NCBI GenBank assembly: GCA_038087875.1
Contig: CM075994.1
Coordinates: forward strand, 6,448,001 to 6,512,000
Reading direction: 5' to 3'
From: Malacoraja senta
Taxonomy: Eukaryota
DNA: 64,000 bases
Part shown: piece by piece, positions 36,501 through 49,021 of the stretch
How positions within the stretch are numbered: the stretch's first letter is position 1
How the letters are laid out: each line of letters opens with the position of its first letter
Notes under the pieces: model-generated
Databases searched by the model: none
Told to the model about the DNA's origin: nothing
Seen by the model: the letters and a program-made list of their open reading frames with translations, nothing else
Made by a program: the position numbers and the translations under genes

Positions 36501-39500
36501 TGAAGATGTGAGGTGATGTCATTGGTAGACCTGCTGTCATTGTCCATTAGGGTTTGGACAACTCACTTCGTGCTGGGAAACTATGAACACCAATACACCA
36601 GAGCTGGTGGCACTAATACCTTGTTCTTGTGTTTCAGGTCTGGGACAGACGGCTGGGAAACCAGACATCCGTCGCGTGGTGAATGGGACACTGGGACAGT
36701 CAGTCACATTACCAGGATGTATCTCAGGAGAAAACATTTTGATCTTAGTTTGGGATTACAAAAGTTCACCAACAACAGAAAAGGGTCAATTATGTGTGAA
36801 AATTCAAAACAATCCAATACAATATAACAAACAGCGAATTAGGTTAAACCTGAAGGACTGTAGTCTGGAAATACAGAACCTAACAGAACATGATCAAGGT
36901 CTATATGAAATGAACTTAAGGACGACTCTGGCTGTCCATGACCAAGTGACAGAACTGAAGATTTATGGTAATCTATTTCAATTTTAAAAACAGTACATTT
37001 TCCAATCTAACAATCTTTAAGGGGGGATGCTTTCGATGTGAGTCCATGTCTGTGGGTTATACGGGCAGGGTGAATACTGAAATATTACATGGGTTGGAGC
37101 CCTTGCTTATTTAGGAACCCATCCTCAGTATTTGCCGTTTGAATATTAATGGCAGTGCATTATGATGGGTTCTTGAAAGGAGGTCTCTCCAAGCCATCTA
37201 ACTTTTCTTTATGATGATAGGGGCCACAGGCATTAAACTTTCTCTGCTAATAACAAGTTTACTTATGAACCAGTTTTGGTGGCAAAGTATAACCTGGACG
37301 ATTCGTTATTGTAAACTCACGGGAAGGATTTTGAACTAAAACTACGGGTGCTTGTCTGTACACAGTTCGTGAATTGTCTGTAGTGTGTGTAGGATAGTGC
37401 TAATGTACGGCGATCGATGGTGGGCGCGGACTGGGTGGGCCGAGGGCTTGTTAACGCTGTATCTCTTGATGTTCTTGTGGGAAACTCATTCTTGTGGGAA
37501 ACTCATAACAGCAGCTTCTGGTTGTTATTATTGCATGGCTTGTATTTGTGCTTTTCTTTGAAACAGAACGAGTGTCATTACCAGTAATAAATATCAGTGA
37601 AGCCTTCAATGACGGGGTGTGTAACGTTAGCTTGCTACGTTCACTGGAGCACGGCACCGAGCCAGTCTACACTTGGTGGTCAGGAGATGGCAAGGTCACG
37701 GCAGATGGGTCCCACATACTGACTGACGAAGGGAGAAGGCTGGGACTATCCATAGCTCTACCCAACAACAACAGCGTGTATAACTGCACCGTGGGGAACC
37801 CTGTTAGTGAGGAGACGCGGAGCGTGGATCTCACAAATCTCTGTCCTGCCCATGAAGGTTTGTGGCTTTATCTTTTCACACTAAGCACACTTCTCAAATA
37901 AAATAAGCGCTATTTATTTCGTTCCTATCCAAATCTCCAAATCCTTCCGATGGAATAAATCAGGTAATATATTTAGTTTAAACAGGCATAACATGATGGA
38001 GTAACTCGACGGGAAAGGCAGCATCTCTGGAGAGAAGGAATGGTTGACGTTTCGGGTCGAGAAGAAGGGCCTCGACCCAAAACGTCGCCCATTCCTTTTG
38101 TCCAGAGAAACCTTCGGTTTAAACCAGCACCTGCAGTTCCTTCCTACACAATAGATTTAGTTTAGTTTAGTTTAGAGATACAGCATGCAAACAGCCTTCG
38201 GCCCACTGAGTCCGCGCCGACCATCGGTCACCCGTACACTAATTCTATCCTACACGTTAGGGACAATTTACAGAAGCCAATTAACCTGCAAACCTGCACG
38301 TCTTGGGGATGTGGGTGGAAATCGGAGCACCCGGACAAAACGCACGCGGTCTCAGGGAGAACGTACAAAATCCGTACAGACAGCACAGGTTGTCAAGATC
38401 GACCTGTCTCTGGCGTTGGGAGGTAGCAACACCACCGCTGAGTTACTCCAGCATTGTGTCTATCTTCGGTGTAAATCAGCATCTGCAGTTCCTTCCTACG
38501 CCAAACGAAAAATAAGCTGTGAGCAGAAAAACCAGACATGAATGCAGAAATACAGAATCAGTAAACAAGTCCATGGTAGTGCAAGTGATGGTCCCTAGTC
38601 TTCCATTGGCGAGGTTGGACTTGAATGATGCAAGTTGGTTCAAGACCCTGATGGTTGCAGGAAAATACATTTAACTAGAGAGAGACAGGAGGCGCTGGAA
38701 TCTTGAGCAAAAATCAGTGCAGAAAGAACTCAGCGGGTCAGGCAGCTTCTGTGGAGGGAATGGTCTGAAGAAGGATCCATTTCCCTCCCGGTATAGAGCC
38801 TGACCTACCGAATTCCTACCGTACGTTTTTTTAAAAACCAATAGCTCTAGCTGCATGTCCCTAAGTTTGCCTTGGAGCGCATGCAGCGCCAGAAAACCAG
38901 GTTCGATCCCGACCCACGGGTGCTGTCAGTCCGGAGTTTCTACGTTCTCCTCGTGACCACGTGGGTTTTCTCCGAGATATTTGGTTTCCTCCTGCACTCC
39001 AAAGATGTACAGGTCTCTAGGTTAATTGGCTTCTGTATACGTGTGAATTGTCCATAGTGTGTGTAGGATTGTATACGTGTGCGGGGATCGCTGTTCGGTG
39101 CAGACGGTGGGCCGAAGGGCCTGTTTCCAGGCTGTATCTCTACAAAGAAAACTAACAGAGCTCAGCCTCTCCAGTCTAAACTAGAAGCACCATTTTCCAT
39201 TTTAAGCAAAGATTATTGAACAGGCGTCTAAAACCATGAGAGGAATAGACAGGGTGAATGCATAGTCGTCTACCCAGTGTAGGGGAATGGAGAACCAGAG
39301 GACATCGGTTTAAGCTGAAAGGGAAAAGATTTATAAGGAACCCGCGGGGCAACATTTCCCACAGAGGGTGGCAGGTACATGAATGGGCAGGGGAGGTAGT
39401 TGGGGCAGGTACTGTAACATAATTTAAAGCCATTTGGACAGGTACATGGATAGGACCGGTTTAGGATATAGGCCAAAGGCGGGCATATGGGACTAGCTTA

Positions 39501-41005
39501 GATGGGACATCTTGGGCAGCATGGACAAGTAAGGCTGAAGGGCAGTATTTCCTTCTTGCATGACCCGTGAACGCAACCCAGGCCGTCACACAAACCAACC
39601 TCCTATAGATTCCATTTATACCTCACGCTGCCTCGGCAAGACCAGCAGCATAATCAAGGACGAGTCGCACCCTGGCCACTCCCTCTTCTCCCGTCTCCCT
39701 TCAGGCAAAAGGTATAGAAGTGTGAAAACGCACACCTCCAGATTCAGGGAAAGTTTCTTCCCAGCTGTTATCAGGCAACTGAATCATCCTACCACAACCA
39801 GATAGCAGTGCTGAACTACTATCTACCTCTTTGATGTCCCGCGGTCTATCCTTGACCGGACTACCTTCCACGAAATGTTATTCTCTTATCATTTATCTAT
39901 ACACTAGAAATGGATTGATTGTAATCATGTATTGTCTTTCTGCTGACTTGATAGCACGCAACAAAAAAGCTTTTCACTGTAGCTCAGTACACGTGACAAT
40001 AAACTAAACTGAACTCTCTGATTCTGTTCCTATGCACCAACAAATCAATAGATTGGCAACTGAAAATTGATCTCTCTTCAGGTTATAAGCCACTAAGAGT
40101 CTCAAGCCGTGTACTTTTTACAGCCGCCACAATCATCTTCATCTCAGCTATCGTTTGCTACATGTATTACAAGAGGACAAGCTCAGCACAGGTCAGTAAC
40201 TTTGAATATTTTCCCTTAGTCCAATTCCAGGTAATAATCTGTAACCCATCTCCCCCACCCCCCCCCGTCTCTCTCTCTTCCCTCTGCCTTCCCAGTTTGT
40301 GCGCCGATGTCTCCCACTATCCCACCCCGTCCCCTTACCCTTCAAGGATTTGAACGTGGATGGAATGGGCCAAGAATTAATTGGTGAAATTGTGGATATG
40401 CGAGAGGCTTGGATAGAGTGGATGTGGGGCGGATGCTTCCAATAGTGGGAGACACTAGGATTCGAGGTCATCGCCTCAGAATTAAAGGACGATCTTTTAG
40501 GAAGGAGTTGAGGAGAAATGTAGTTTGTCAGAGGGTGGTGAGTCTGTGGAATTCTTTGTCATAGAAGGCTATGGAGGACGTCAATGGATATTTTTATGGC
40601 AGAGGGAGATAGATTCTTGATTATTACAGGTGTCAGGGGTTATGGGGAGCAGGTGGGATAATGTTTAAGAGGGAGATATAGATCAGCCATGATTCAATGG
40701 CGGAGTACAGATGATGGGCCGAATGGCCTCATTCTGCTCCTATCTCATGACCTTATATGAGGCCAAAGATGACGGTTTATGTGGGGATTAAAGGGATGAT
40801 AGAAACAATAGGCAGACAGGGGCTAGACTGGGATGGGACATAAAAGTGATTTAAAATACACCAAAGAAACGTTGTCCCTTTAGCGAGGCGATCTGCAGAT
40901 AGTTCAACTCATGTGGTTTGGACCCTGGCTGCAGATGCTGTCGCATTCTATCGTCCACTGCGGTCCCAGACCACACGTAGATTGAACAAAAATACGCGTG
41001 AGTGA
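33478..41005 (+). CDS. CD2/SLAM-family-like Ig receptor, gene B (spliced model, 336 aa)
   Basis: Exons 33478-33547, 36638-36967, 37567-37857, 40082-40191, 40296-40383, 40884-41005 total 1011 nt, open and GT-AG throughout. Confidence 0.8.
34756..36303 (-). mobile_element. Tc1-family DNA transposon (IR/DR type), degenerate transposase
   Basis: TA target duplications, about 200-bp inverted repeats with inner gtattcagacc direct repeats. Transposase fragments KHAGGSIMLWGC, QQDNDPEH, WPSQSPDSNPIEHLW. Confidence 0.95.
36638..36967 (+). CDS. Gene B IgV exon
   Basis: tttcag| acceptor, |gtaatc donor, 330 nt open. Contained in track ORF 36583-36987. Confidence 0.85.
37567..37857 (+). CDS. Gene B IgC2 exon (B-strand Cys replaced by Arg)
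   Basis: 291 nt, acceptor aaacag|, donor |gtttgt. CNVSLLRS at the position of CNVSLLCS. Confidence 0.85.
40082..40191 (+). CDS. Gene B TM exon [37 protein letters not shown]
   Basis: 110 nt, cttcag| acceptor, CAG|gtcagt donor. Confidence 0.8.
40296..40383 (+). CDS. Gene B cytoplasmic exon 1 FVRRCLPLSHPVPLPFKDLNVDGMGQELI
   Basis: 88 nt, phase 0 to 1, with a strong polypyrimidine tract upstream. Confidence 0.68.
40884..41005 (+). CDS. Gene B cytoplasmic exon 2 [40 protein letters not shown]
   Basis: Acceptor ccctttag|. Differences from the paralogues (ACT/ACC, CGT/CGC) are synonymous in this frame. Confidence 0.62.
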
Positions 41006-42993
41006 TCAGATAAACAGGTGGGACTGGAACAAGATGCAGCGAAGAGGGCAGTCAGTGCTGAAAGTTACCAACCACATCGTATTTAAGTTGACAAACCCAC
41101 AGTAACATCCTCTGACTACACTATTCTGCCTTTTTTCTGTCTGTAATTCTCTAAAGTGAAATGTCGTGGTATGACACAAAGTGCTGGAGTAACTCCGCGG
41201 GTCTGGCAGCATCTATGGAGAGCACGGAAAGGAGGCACAGTTTCAAGTCACAGCTTGGTTTGGGAACAGCTCCATCCAAGACCGCAGGAAATTGCAGCGA
41301 ATTGTGGACGCAGCCCAGACCATCACACAAACCGACCTCCCTTCCATTGACTCCATCTACACCTCACGCTGCCTCGGCAAGGCCAGCAGCATCATCAAAG
41401 GAGGAGTTACACCCTGTCCCTCTTCTCCCTCTCCTATCAGGCAAAAGGTACAGAAGTGTGAAAACGCACACATCCAGATTTAAGGATAGTTTCTTCCCAG
41501 CTGTAATCAGGCAACTGAATCATCCTATCACAACCAGAGAGCAGCGCTGAACTACTACCTCCCTCATTGGTGACCCTCGGACTATCCTTGCTCGGACTTT
41601 GCTGGCTTTACTTTGCACTGAACTTTATTCTCTTGTCACTGTAAATGGCTCAATTGTAATCGTTTATTGTCTTTCCGCTGGTTAGCACGCAACAAAAGCT
41701 TTTCACTGTACCTCGGTGCACATGACAATAAATGAAACTGTAAACTAAACCGTACTGCACTGGGTTGAGACCATTTTTCAAACTGATTTGCTGGAGGTGG
41801 GGGAGAGAATAAGGCTGGAAAAGGCGGAGAGGCAAGACAAAGCGTGGGAGGTAATAGTGAGAGGTAGAGTCATCGAGACAGGCTGCGTTGAAAAAGGCCC
41901 TTCGGCCCAACTTGCCCACACCGACCAACATGCCCCATCTGCACTAGTCCGACCTGCCTGCATTTGGCCCATATCCTTCCAAACCTGTATTATCCATGTA
42001 CCTGTCTAATTGTTTCTTGAACGTTGCAATGGTCCCTGCCTCAACGTTCACCACAGGAAATATGTATTTGAAGGAACTGCAGATGCTGGTTTAAACCAAT
42101 TAGACACAAAATGCTGGAGTACCTCAGCGGGACCGGCAGAATATCTGGAAAGAAGGCTTGAATGACGTTTCTGATCGAGGCCCTTCTTCAGACTGTCCCG
42201 CTGAGTTACTCAAGCGTTTTGTGTCTATATTCGGTTTAAACCAGCATCTGCAGTTCCTTGATATTCACACACACACACGCACACACACACACGCACGCAT
42301 ACACGCACGCACACACACACGCGCACACACACACACACACACACACACATAGCACAGACACACACGCACACATAGGCACGTAATACGCAGATGTTCATAA
42401 AAACAAACAATAACAATGCAATAATAACAATAACAGTATACAGAAAATATGTACGTGTGTGTATACGTGCGTTTATTATATCGTTTACAGAGCACTATGT
42501 CTACATATTTTGTTGTGCTGCTGCAAGTAAGAATCACATTCTTCTATCTGGGACATATGACAATAAAACACTATTGACTCTTGACTCTTGAGGGAGAAGG
42601 AAACATGAATTGTTGTTGGTTGGTTGAAATGAATGGTTGGATTCCATGAAAAGGAATCATACATATGAGTTCAGAAATAACAGCATTAAAAATACATTGT
42701 AATAGAATGATCCCGGGGATGTGGGTTAACATAAGATGAGCGTTTGATGGCACTGGGCCTGAACACTCGCTGGAGTTTAGAAGGATGAGGGAGGATCTCA
42801 CTGAAACTTAACGGATAGTGAAAGGCCTGGATAGAGTGGATGTGGGGAGGATGTTTCTAGTAGTGGGAGAGTCTAGGATCAGATTGCGGGTGTCAGGGAT
42901 TATGGAGAGAAGGCAGGAGAATGGGGTTGAGAGGGAAAGATAGATCAGCCAAGATTGAATGGCAGAGTAGACTCAATTGGCTGAATAGCCTAA

Positions 42994-45900
42994 TTTTACT
43001 TCGGAGTCACGTTAGTGACTACGTGAAGAACCCCGCCAGTGCGCCTGCGCGTCATTACGTCAGACGCCTTGGCGCAAACGGACGCGAGGAGCAGAGCTCC
43101 TCTAGGAATTGTAGTTTTAACTACAAGGTAAGTATAAAACTTTTTGGAAATATTTCTGTGCCCGTTTGCTGTTGGTCTGTGGGGTTTTTCCACAGGCATC
43201 ATGGAAAAAACGGGCAAGTGGAGGAGGCGAGCGTCACAGCCGGTATAGGGAGGTTTCACGGCAGTCGGGTCACGACCCCATGACCCGTACTGTTGCTACG
43301 CTACGCCAAATGGATTACACGCGATGAACTGTAGGTAAGTACTTAGAGATTAGAGATTCCTTTATTTGTCATTCAGACCTTTCGGTCTGAACGAAATTTC
43401 GTTGCCTGCAGTCATACATATAATAATAAATAACAAAACACACAATAAACACAAATTAACATCCACCACAGTGAGTTCACCAGGCACCTCCTCACTGTGA
43501 TGGAGGCAAAAGTCTTAAAGTCTCTTTGGAAACAATGGTAAGTCTTAAACTTACCATTGTTTCCAGCGTAGCGGGCCCGTTAAAACCCGCCGAAATTGTC
43601 AATTTTTGCGCTGTAAATAATTATGGAAATCGGGATAAGCGTGGGAGACATTTAGCCAACTTCAGAATTCAAAAAGTGAGGAGAAATGACGGTAGATTGA
43701 AGCGAGAGCTGAAAGGAACAACAACAGCCAGAGTGCTTGGCGAACATTGGCCGTTTGCTCGCTGCATTTCATCAACTAAGGCATTATTTGTGTTTTTTCT
43801 TGATTCCTTTGGCATCTAAAAAGTTTCAGAAGTGATAATCGCCCCTGTTTCTCGTGGGTTTTTACGTACAAAAATAAAACGTCTCTGAAGCAAAATTTAC
43901 AACCAGATTTACCACTTATGAGACTTTTTAGATACCAAAGAAATAAAAAACAAAACAAATAATGCCTTACCGTTAATGAAATGCAGCGAACAAACGCGAT
44001 AAATCCCGATATTTTCAATTCCGATATCTGCACGGCCAATGTTCACCAAGCACTTTAGCTGTTGTTGTCCCTTCAGCTCTCGCTTCTCTTTACCTTCATT
44101 TCGCTTCACGTTTGGAATTCTGAAGTTGGGTACATGTCTCTCACACTTACCCCGACTTCCACAATTTTTTACAGCGAAAAAATTCAACATTTTGGCGTTT
44201 TTTAACAGGTAGGAATGTACGCGTTTCTTGCATTAATAACATATACCGGAAGTTACGGATGTCTTCCAGATGGATTGAGCGGCTCCGTGCGTCAAGCCCT
44301 ATGACCCGGTGACCTTACGTGCAACCTCCCTATAAAGTCGCAATATTGCGGTCGGCGACCAGCCGCCTTTGACCACGGTACAGTCGACAGCATAGCGACT
44401 GTGGATATTGGGGCTGAAGGAATAGTGGGGCACCAGTGGGGCAAAGCCGATAAAAAGCTGCGGGAATGCGGTCGGTAAAGGACTGCCTCATACCCTACAA
44501 CAGTCGCCGGCTGGGAGTAGGGAGAACTGTGGACTTGTGCATTAAAGAACGGAGCCAGCGTCAGTTGGGTGCTAGGCACCATACAAGTCAGGGTCATGGA
44601 GCAAGAGTCAGTTTAGGATTCACCTCCAAGGCTGGATACCACTTTCTGAAGTGGATATTCCAAATGGAGAACCTGTACACAGGTTGCTCCAACGAAACAT
44701 ACTCCAGGAGGAGTGATGTCAGAACCAGGCTCCAGAAGCCAGGTCAGTAGCACCTAGTATAGGGCTGCTTGATAGCACCCTCATTGATGAGGCGCGTGCA
44801 CAGGGTCAGCAGAGTTTCCAAAATAAGCGAAGATGGCAGCTGCCAGATGGGCTATTCCTGGCAGTACGATTTGCTGCTCTGTGAGAGGTCTGACGGTGAG
44901 GCCGATACAAGCGAAGACGGTAGCTGCCAGATGTTTTATTCCTGGTAGTACGATTCGCTGCCCCGTCAGAGTCAAGAGAGCCACTGGAAAGGACGTGGTC
45001 TCTGTGATCAACTATTGTGTCTACCATCAGCTCTAGTAGTTTACGATGGATGAAAATGCCAATAAAGCACGAGATCCCAAGGAACTGTGTATTGCTGAAA
45101 GTACTAGCAGTGAACCAAGTTAAGGGGTCAGATGGGCGAAGGCATGTAAGCCTAAGGAAAGTAAACTGCAGAGAATATTGAAGCTGCTCGGTTGATGAAC
45201 AACTGCAATTTGCAAAACAATGGATGGAGGCCATGGATGGAGATGCATCAAGTGGCACTAAGGTTGCTATGTAGCGTCCACTTCAAGATGAATTGTTTCA
45301 GGAAGTATGCCATTCGGTTCAACATCAACCCAAAGTTGCAGCAACTCTGTAAAGCCCAGCAATGTGCAGTCATTCAACTTATTCTTCATGAATCGTGGAA
45401 AAGAGTTGGATAATGAGGCAAAAACAGCAAAGTTGATCACAACCTCAATGGTCGTCAAGTCTACAAAGAGGACGTATCCTTTCAGACATCATACAAAATC
45501 CTGGACCGACATCAGGAGCAAATCGACCATTGAAGCAAGTACTCAGTTGATGTCCTGCAGCAGGTCACTCAGATGACAAAGAAGGTAGGTGGACCTGGTT
45601 CTTATGGGAACATATTAAGGCAAAAACAGCCAAATATTGGAAGCAAATTACTTCAGTTATTATTCTGAGTATTATAGAAAGGTTTCTAATTGATTCGATT
45701 CAAATACTGATGTTCCAGCATGTTCCAAGCAGAACACTCCAATTTCACATAAAAATAATTGATGGAGGTTCAAGCTGAATTGAAAACTTGTTTATAAACA
45801 AGTAATTGAAAGGTCGGTTTATCAAAACCACCAAATTGTGTTTAAAATTTCTCAACCTAAAAAGGTGAGGAGTATTTTAGATCTGACAAGTCTTTAAAAT

Positions 45901-48749
45901 TTTGTGAAGTATAGACACTTCAAAATAGAGAATTTGAGACTACCAAACAATTTATTTTTAAAAATATGTTTTATGGCACTTATAGATCTGAAAGAGGTAT
46001 ATTACTTAATGTTTGTTCATTTATAAGATAAAATTATCTAAAGGAACAATTATGGCAATTCAAAGTTCTGTCTAACGGGTTGACTTCAGTCCATAGAAAT
46101 TCACTAAATTGGTAAAACCAATTTTGCGGCTAATTAGAGTCCAAGGACAGATGTGGATGGCTTAACTGGATGATGTCCTAATTAGGACGAACAAGAGAAT
46201 TCGTGAGTTATCTCTCTCAAATTATTCAAACCACTTTTGAAAGTTGGGTTTAATTCATCCAGAGAGAAATTAAGTTAACGATACTTACAACAATTGATTA
46301 TTTGATTCAATTGAAAAGGTAGTAATTTACCCAGGGTAAAGGATAAAGCTAATTGATGATTGTATTAAGCAGTTGTAAAAGCAACAATCTTCAATTAAGA
46401 CAGGTGGCCAGTTTGTTAGGAGAATTAGTGTTATTTTCAGCAATACAATATGGGCCATTGGACTACCAGCAGCTGCAGACTGCAAAAAGAAAAAAACACT
46501 AAGATGCATGATGGCCATTTTTGATAGGCCATGCAATTAAACAATAAATGCTCCTCTTCTGATTGCAGTAGTGGATTTAACATGTCTTCAGTAGTTCAAG
46601 CAAGATACGGATTGAACAGCCTTCCATGGTCTTAACAGACTGATATCAGTGTACTAGGATTGGTGCCACTGAAAAGGTATCCATCTGTGGACAGATGGAA
46701 TATGGAAGAAGTATTAATTTACAGACATGGAGAATTGACGTTTTAAAGTCTATTGGAAGGCTTATGAGCTACAAGCTTGTTGTTAAATACAACTAATCTG
46801 CATGTTCAGTTTAAAATTAGCAACACTACAGCAATGGCATGTATTAATTGTATGGGTGGAATTTCCATGATAACAAAGAATGGATGTTTATCCTTAAATT
46901 TTTTTAATGATATAATAGTCAGATTTGGGAAGCCAGATATGACTTGTTTCCATCCAGACTCAATCACCAGTTACAGAGATATGTGTTATGGGACTACATC
47001 GGGAGACAGTAGCGATGGATGTTTCTCGCTATATTAGGATGGTATGTTGTTGTATGCATTTTACTTCATCCTGTCTCATAAATCAGTGTCTGCTTAAAAC
47101 AAAGCAGTATGCTGCCTCTGGGGTATTTGTGGTACCAGACGGGTCTACGCAGCTATGGTGCCCTTTGATATTGAAATTTATGACAGTTTCTGATAAATGT
47201 TCCCAAAAGAAGGAAGTTACTGGTGTATTCGATAATTGGAGAGTAACATCCGTCATATGCCTGTATGGATGCAGGGTTTAAAAAAGAGGATTGTCTGGGC
47301 ATGCTGTGGACATGTTTATAGCAGTCTGGCGGAAGAGTACTCAAAAGCAATACATTTGTGAATCTGAGTTGTGACTCTGTAAATACTGCTTTCCCATTAG
47401 CTAAAGAATGAGGGGAAAAAATGTCTGTGTATAAAAGAATATTGAATGTTGTACGGCACATGTCTCAAATATCTTGGATTGACCTCTATTTAATGGGTTG
47501 AGGTATAGTGCGATTTATTCACACAGAAGTATATTATTCCTCGGTTTTATTTGATGAGGTTGGAAAGACATCCTGTTGAGTCTCGATCTTTTATTTCCAG
47601 ATTAATGAAAGGAATTTTAATTCCAGACCTTCTAAACCTAGGAGGGAATCTGGAATGTAGAATTGTTTTAAGCTACTTCAGCAAAGGAGTCTTGGTACGA
47701 TTCTGATTTGGCCAAGTTCAGCATGAAGGTACTCATGTTTATGCCACTTGTAACATTGCAAAGTTACAGATTCACAGAAGTACCTCAGGATTATGTTATG
47801 TTTTACATTTTATGAACTACTCAAATGAAGTAGGATCAGGCGTGATAGGATTCAAGAGGGTTTTATTAGCATATTCTATGGATCCATATCTATATGTTAA
47901 GACATATTTGTTGCAATACATTGAGACTACAAAGGTCTTATGAAATATGAAAACAAGATTGTTTATCATTCACGAAAAACCATACAAGATAGTGTCAGTT
48001 CAGACTATTTTAAGATGGTTAAAAACAAGTTTTGGTTGCTGCAGGTGTGAACATTGATGGTTTTACAATCCATTCAGTTTAGCAGCAACACTGACGACTA
48101 GGGCGAAGGACGTCCCGTCGACCATATTTCGCAGCCGCCGGGTGATCTAATAAGTTGGTGTTTCAACACTTTTACCATCGGCCTATTGCCAATACGGGGC
48201 CTTTTGCAGATACTATATTAAGTTCTGCTTAAATTTCCCTGGGTTAAAGGGGATACTGTTAATTCTTTTATTCAAATAAATGAATTACTGCATTTGTGGT
48301 ACAAATGTTATTATTAATGCATTATTGATTATTCTCGTTCCGAGTCAATCAATGCAGTGAGAAGCCGGGATTGATCTACGGCATGAAATCACAAAGCTTT
48401 AAAATCTTCACGTAGTCACTCACGTGACTCCGAAGTAAAATAGTAAGATTAAACGAGAACTTACCTAAGTTTGAAGTTTGATCTTTATTTTATGAGGAGT
48501 TACGTTGGTGATTACGTGCCCACCACGACCCAACCCTCTATCATAAAGGTCAGATGGAAGTTCTTGTATTACTCGTTTTATTATGATACTATATTACTTC
48601 TCTTGTTGTTTTTTGTGATTTCACACCGCTGCTTCGAAGATTGACGCGCAGGCGCACTGGCGGGGTTCTTCACGTAATCACCAACGTAACTCCTCATAAA
48701 AATAAAGATCAAACTTCAAACTTAGGTAAGTTCTCGTTTAATCTTACTA
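42994..48749 (+). mobile_element. DIRS1-type tyrosine-recombinase retrotransposon (degenerate gag, RT/RNase H, methylase-like, YR)
   Basis: ITRs 43003-43054 and 48642-48693; ICR 48406-48518 complementary to both termini; no TSD. Remnant motifs IDLKE-YY, QFK-L-NG, LDD, VVPD and a HS-type YR C-terminus. Confidence 0.9.
43549..44236. mobile_element. Foldback non-autonomous element with THAP-domain-like sequence in both arms (Kolobok-like?)
   Basis: Inverted arms about 43570-43800 and 43955-44215. Peptide MLNFFAVKNC...NFRIP...RVCSLHFING on the minus arm; NFCAVNN on the plus arm. Confidence 0.6.
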
Positions 48750-48951
48750 TTCTGCTCCTATGACTTATGAACATGAATTATCTTTCCTCTGCCCTCTGAG
48801 TTCTGATGAGGGTCATGTCCAACATTTCTTTGCCTTCCACAAATGCTGCTCGAACTGCTGAGATCCTCTAACAGGTTATTGTTTTCTTACTACAGATTCC
48901 AATATCTGCAGTCTCTTGTGGCTCAATAACAACCTACTCTTCAGAGAAGAC

Positions 48952-49021
48952 ATGACCAGGAGAGTCCCTGGGATTCTCTCCCTCATCAGGATACTTTGGC
49001 TGCTGTTGAGTGACTCTGGAG
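48952..49021 (+). CDS. Gene C leader exon [23 protein letters not shown]
   Basis: ATG, hydrophobic core, donor G|GTGAGT. Confidence 0.8.

Noticed and set aside
44826-44975. Two-copy 84-bp tandem repeat
   Set aside because: Lies in the low-complexity part of DIRS gag; no independent function evident.
45192-45413. LCSVHF, a THAP-like motif inside the DIRS element
   Set aside because: No N-terminal CxxxxC. The region lies within decayed DIRS gag-like sequence, so it is likely coincidental.
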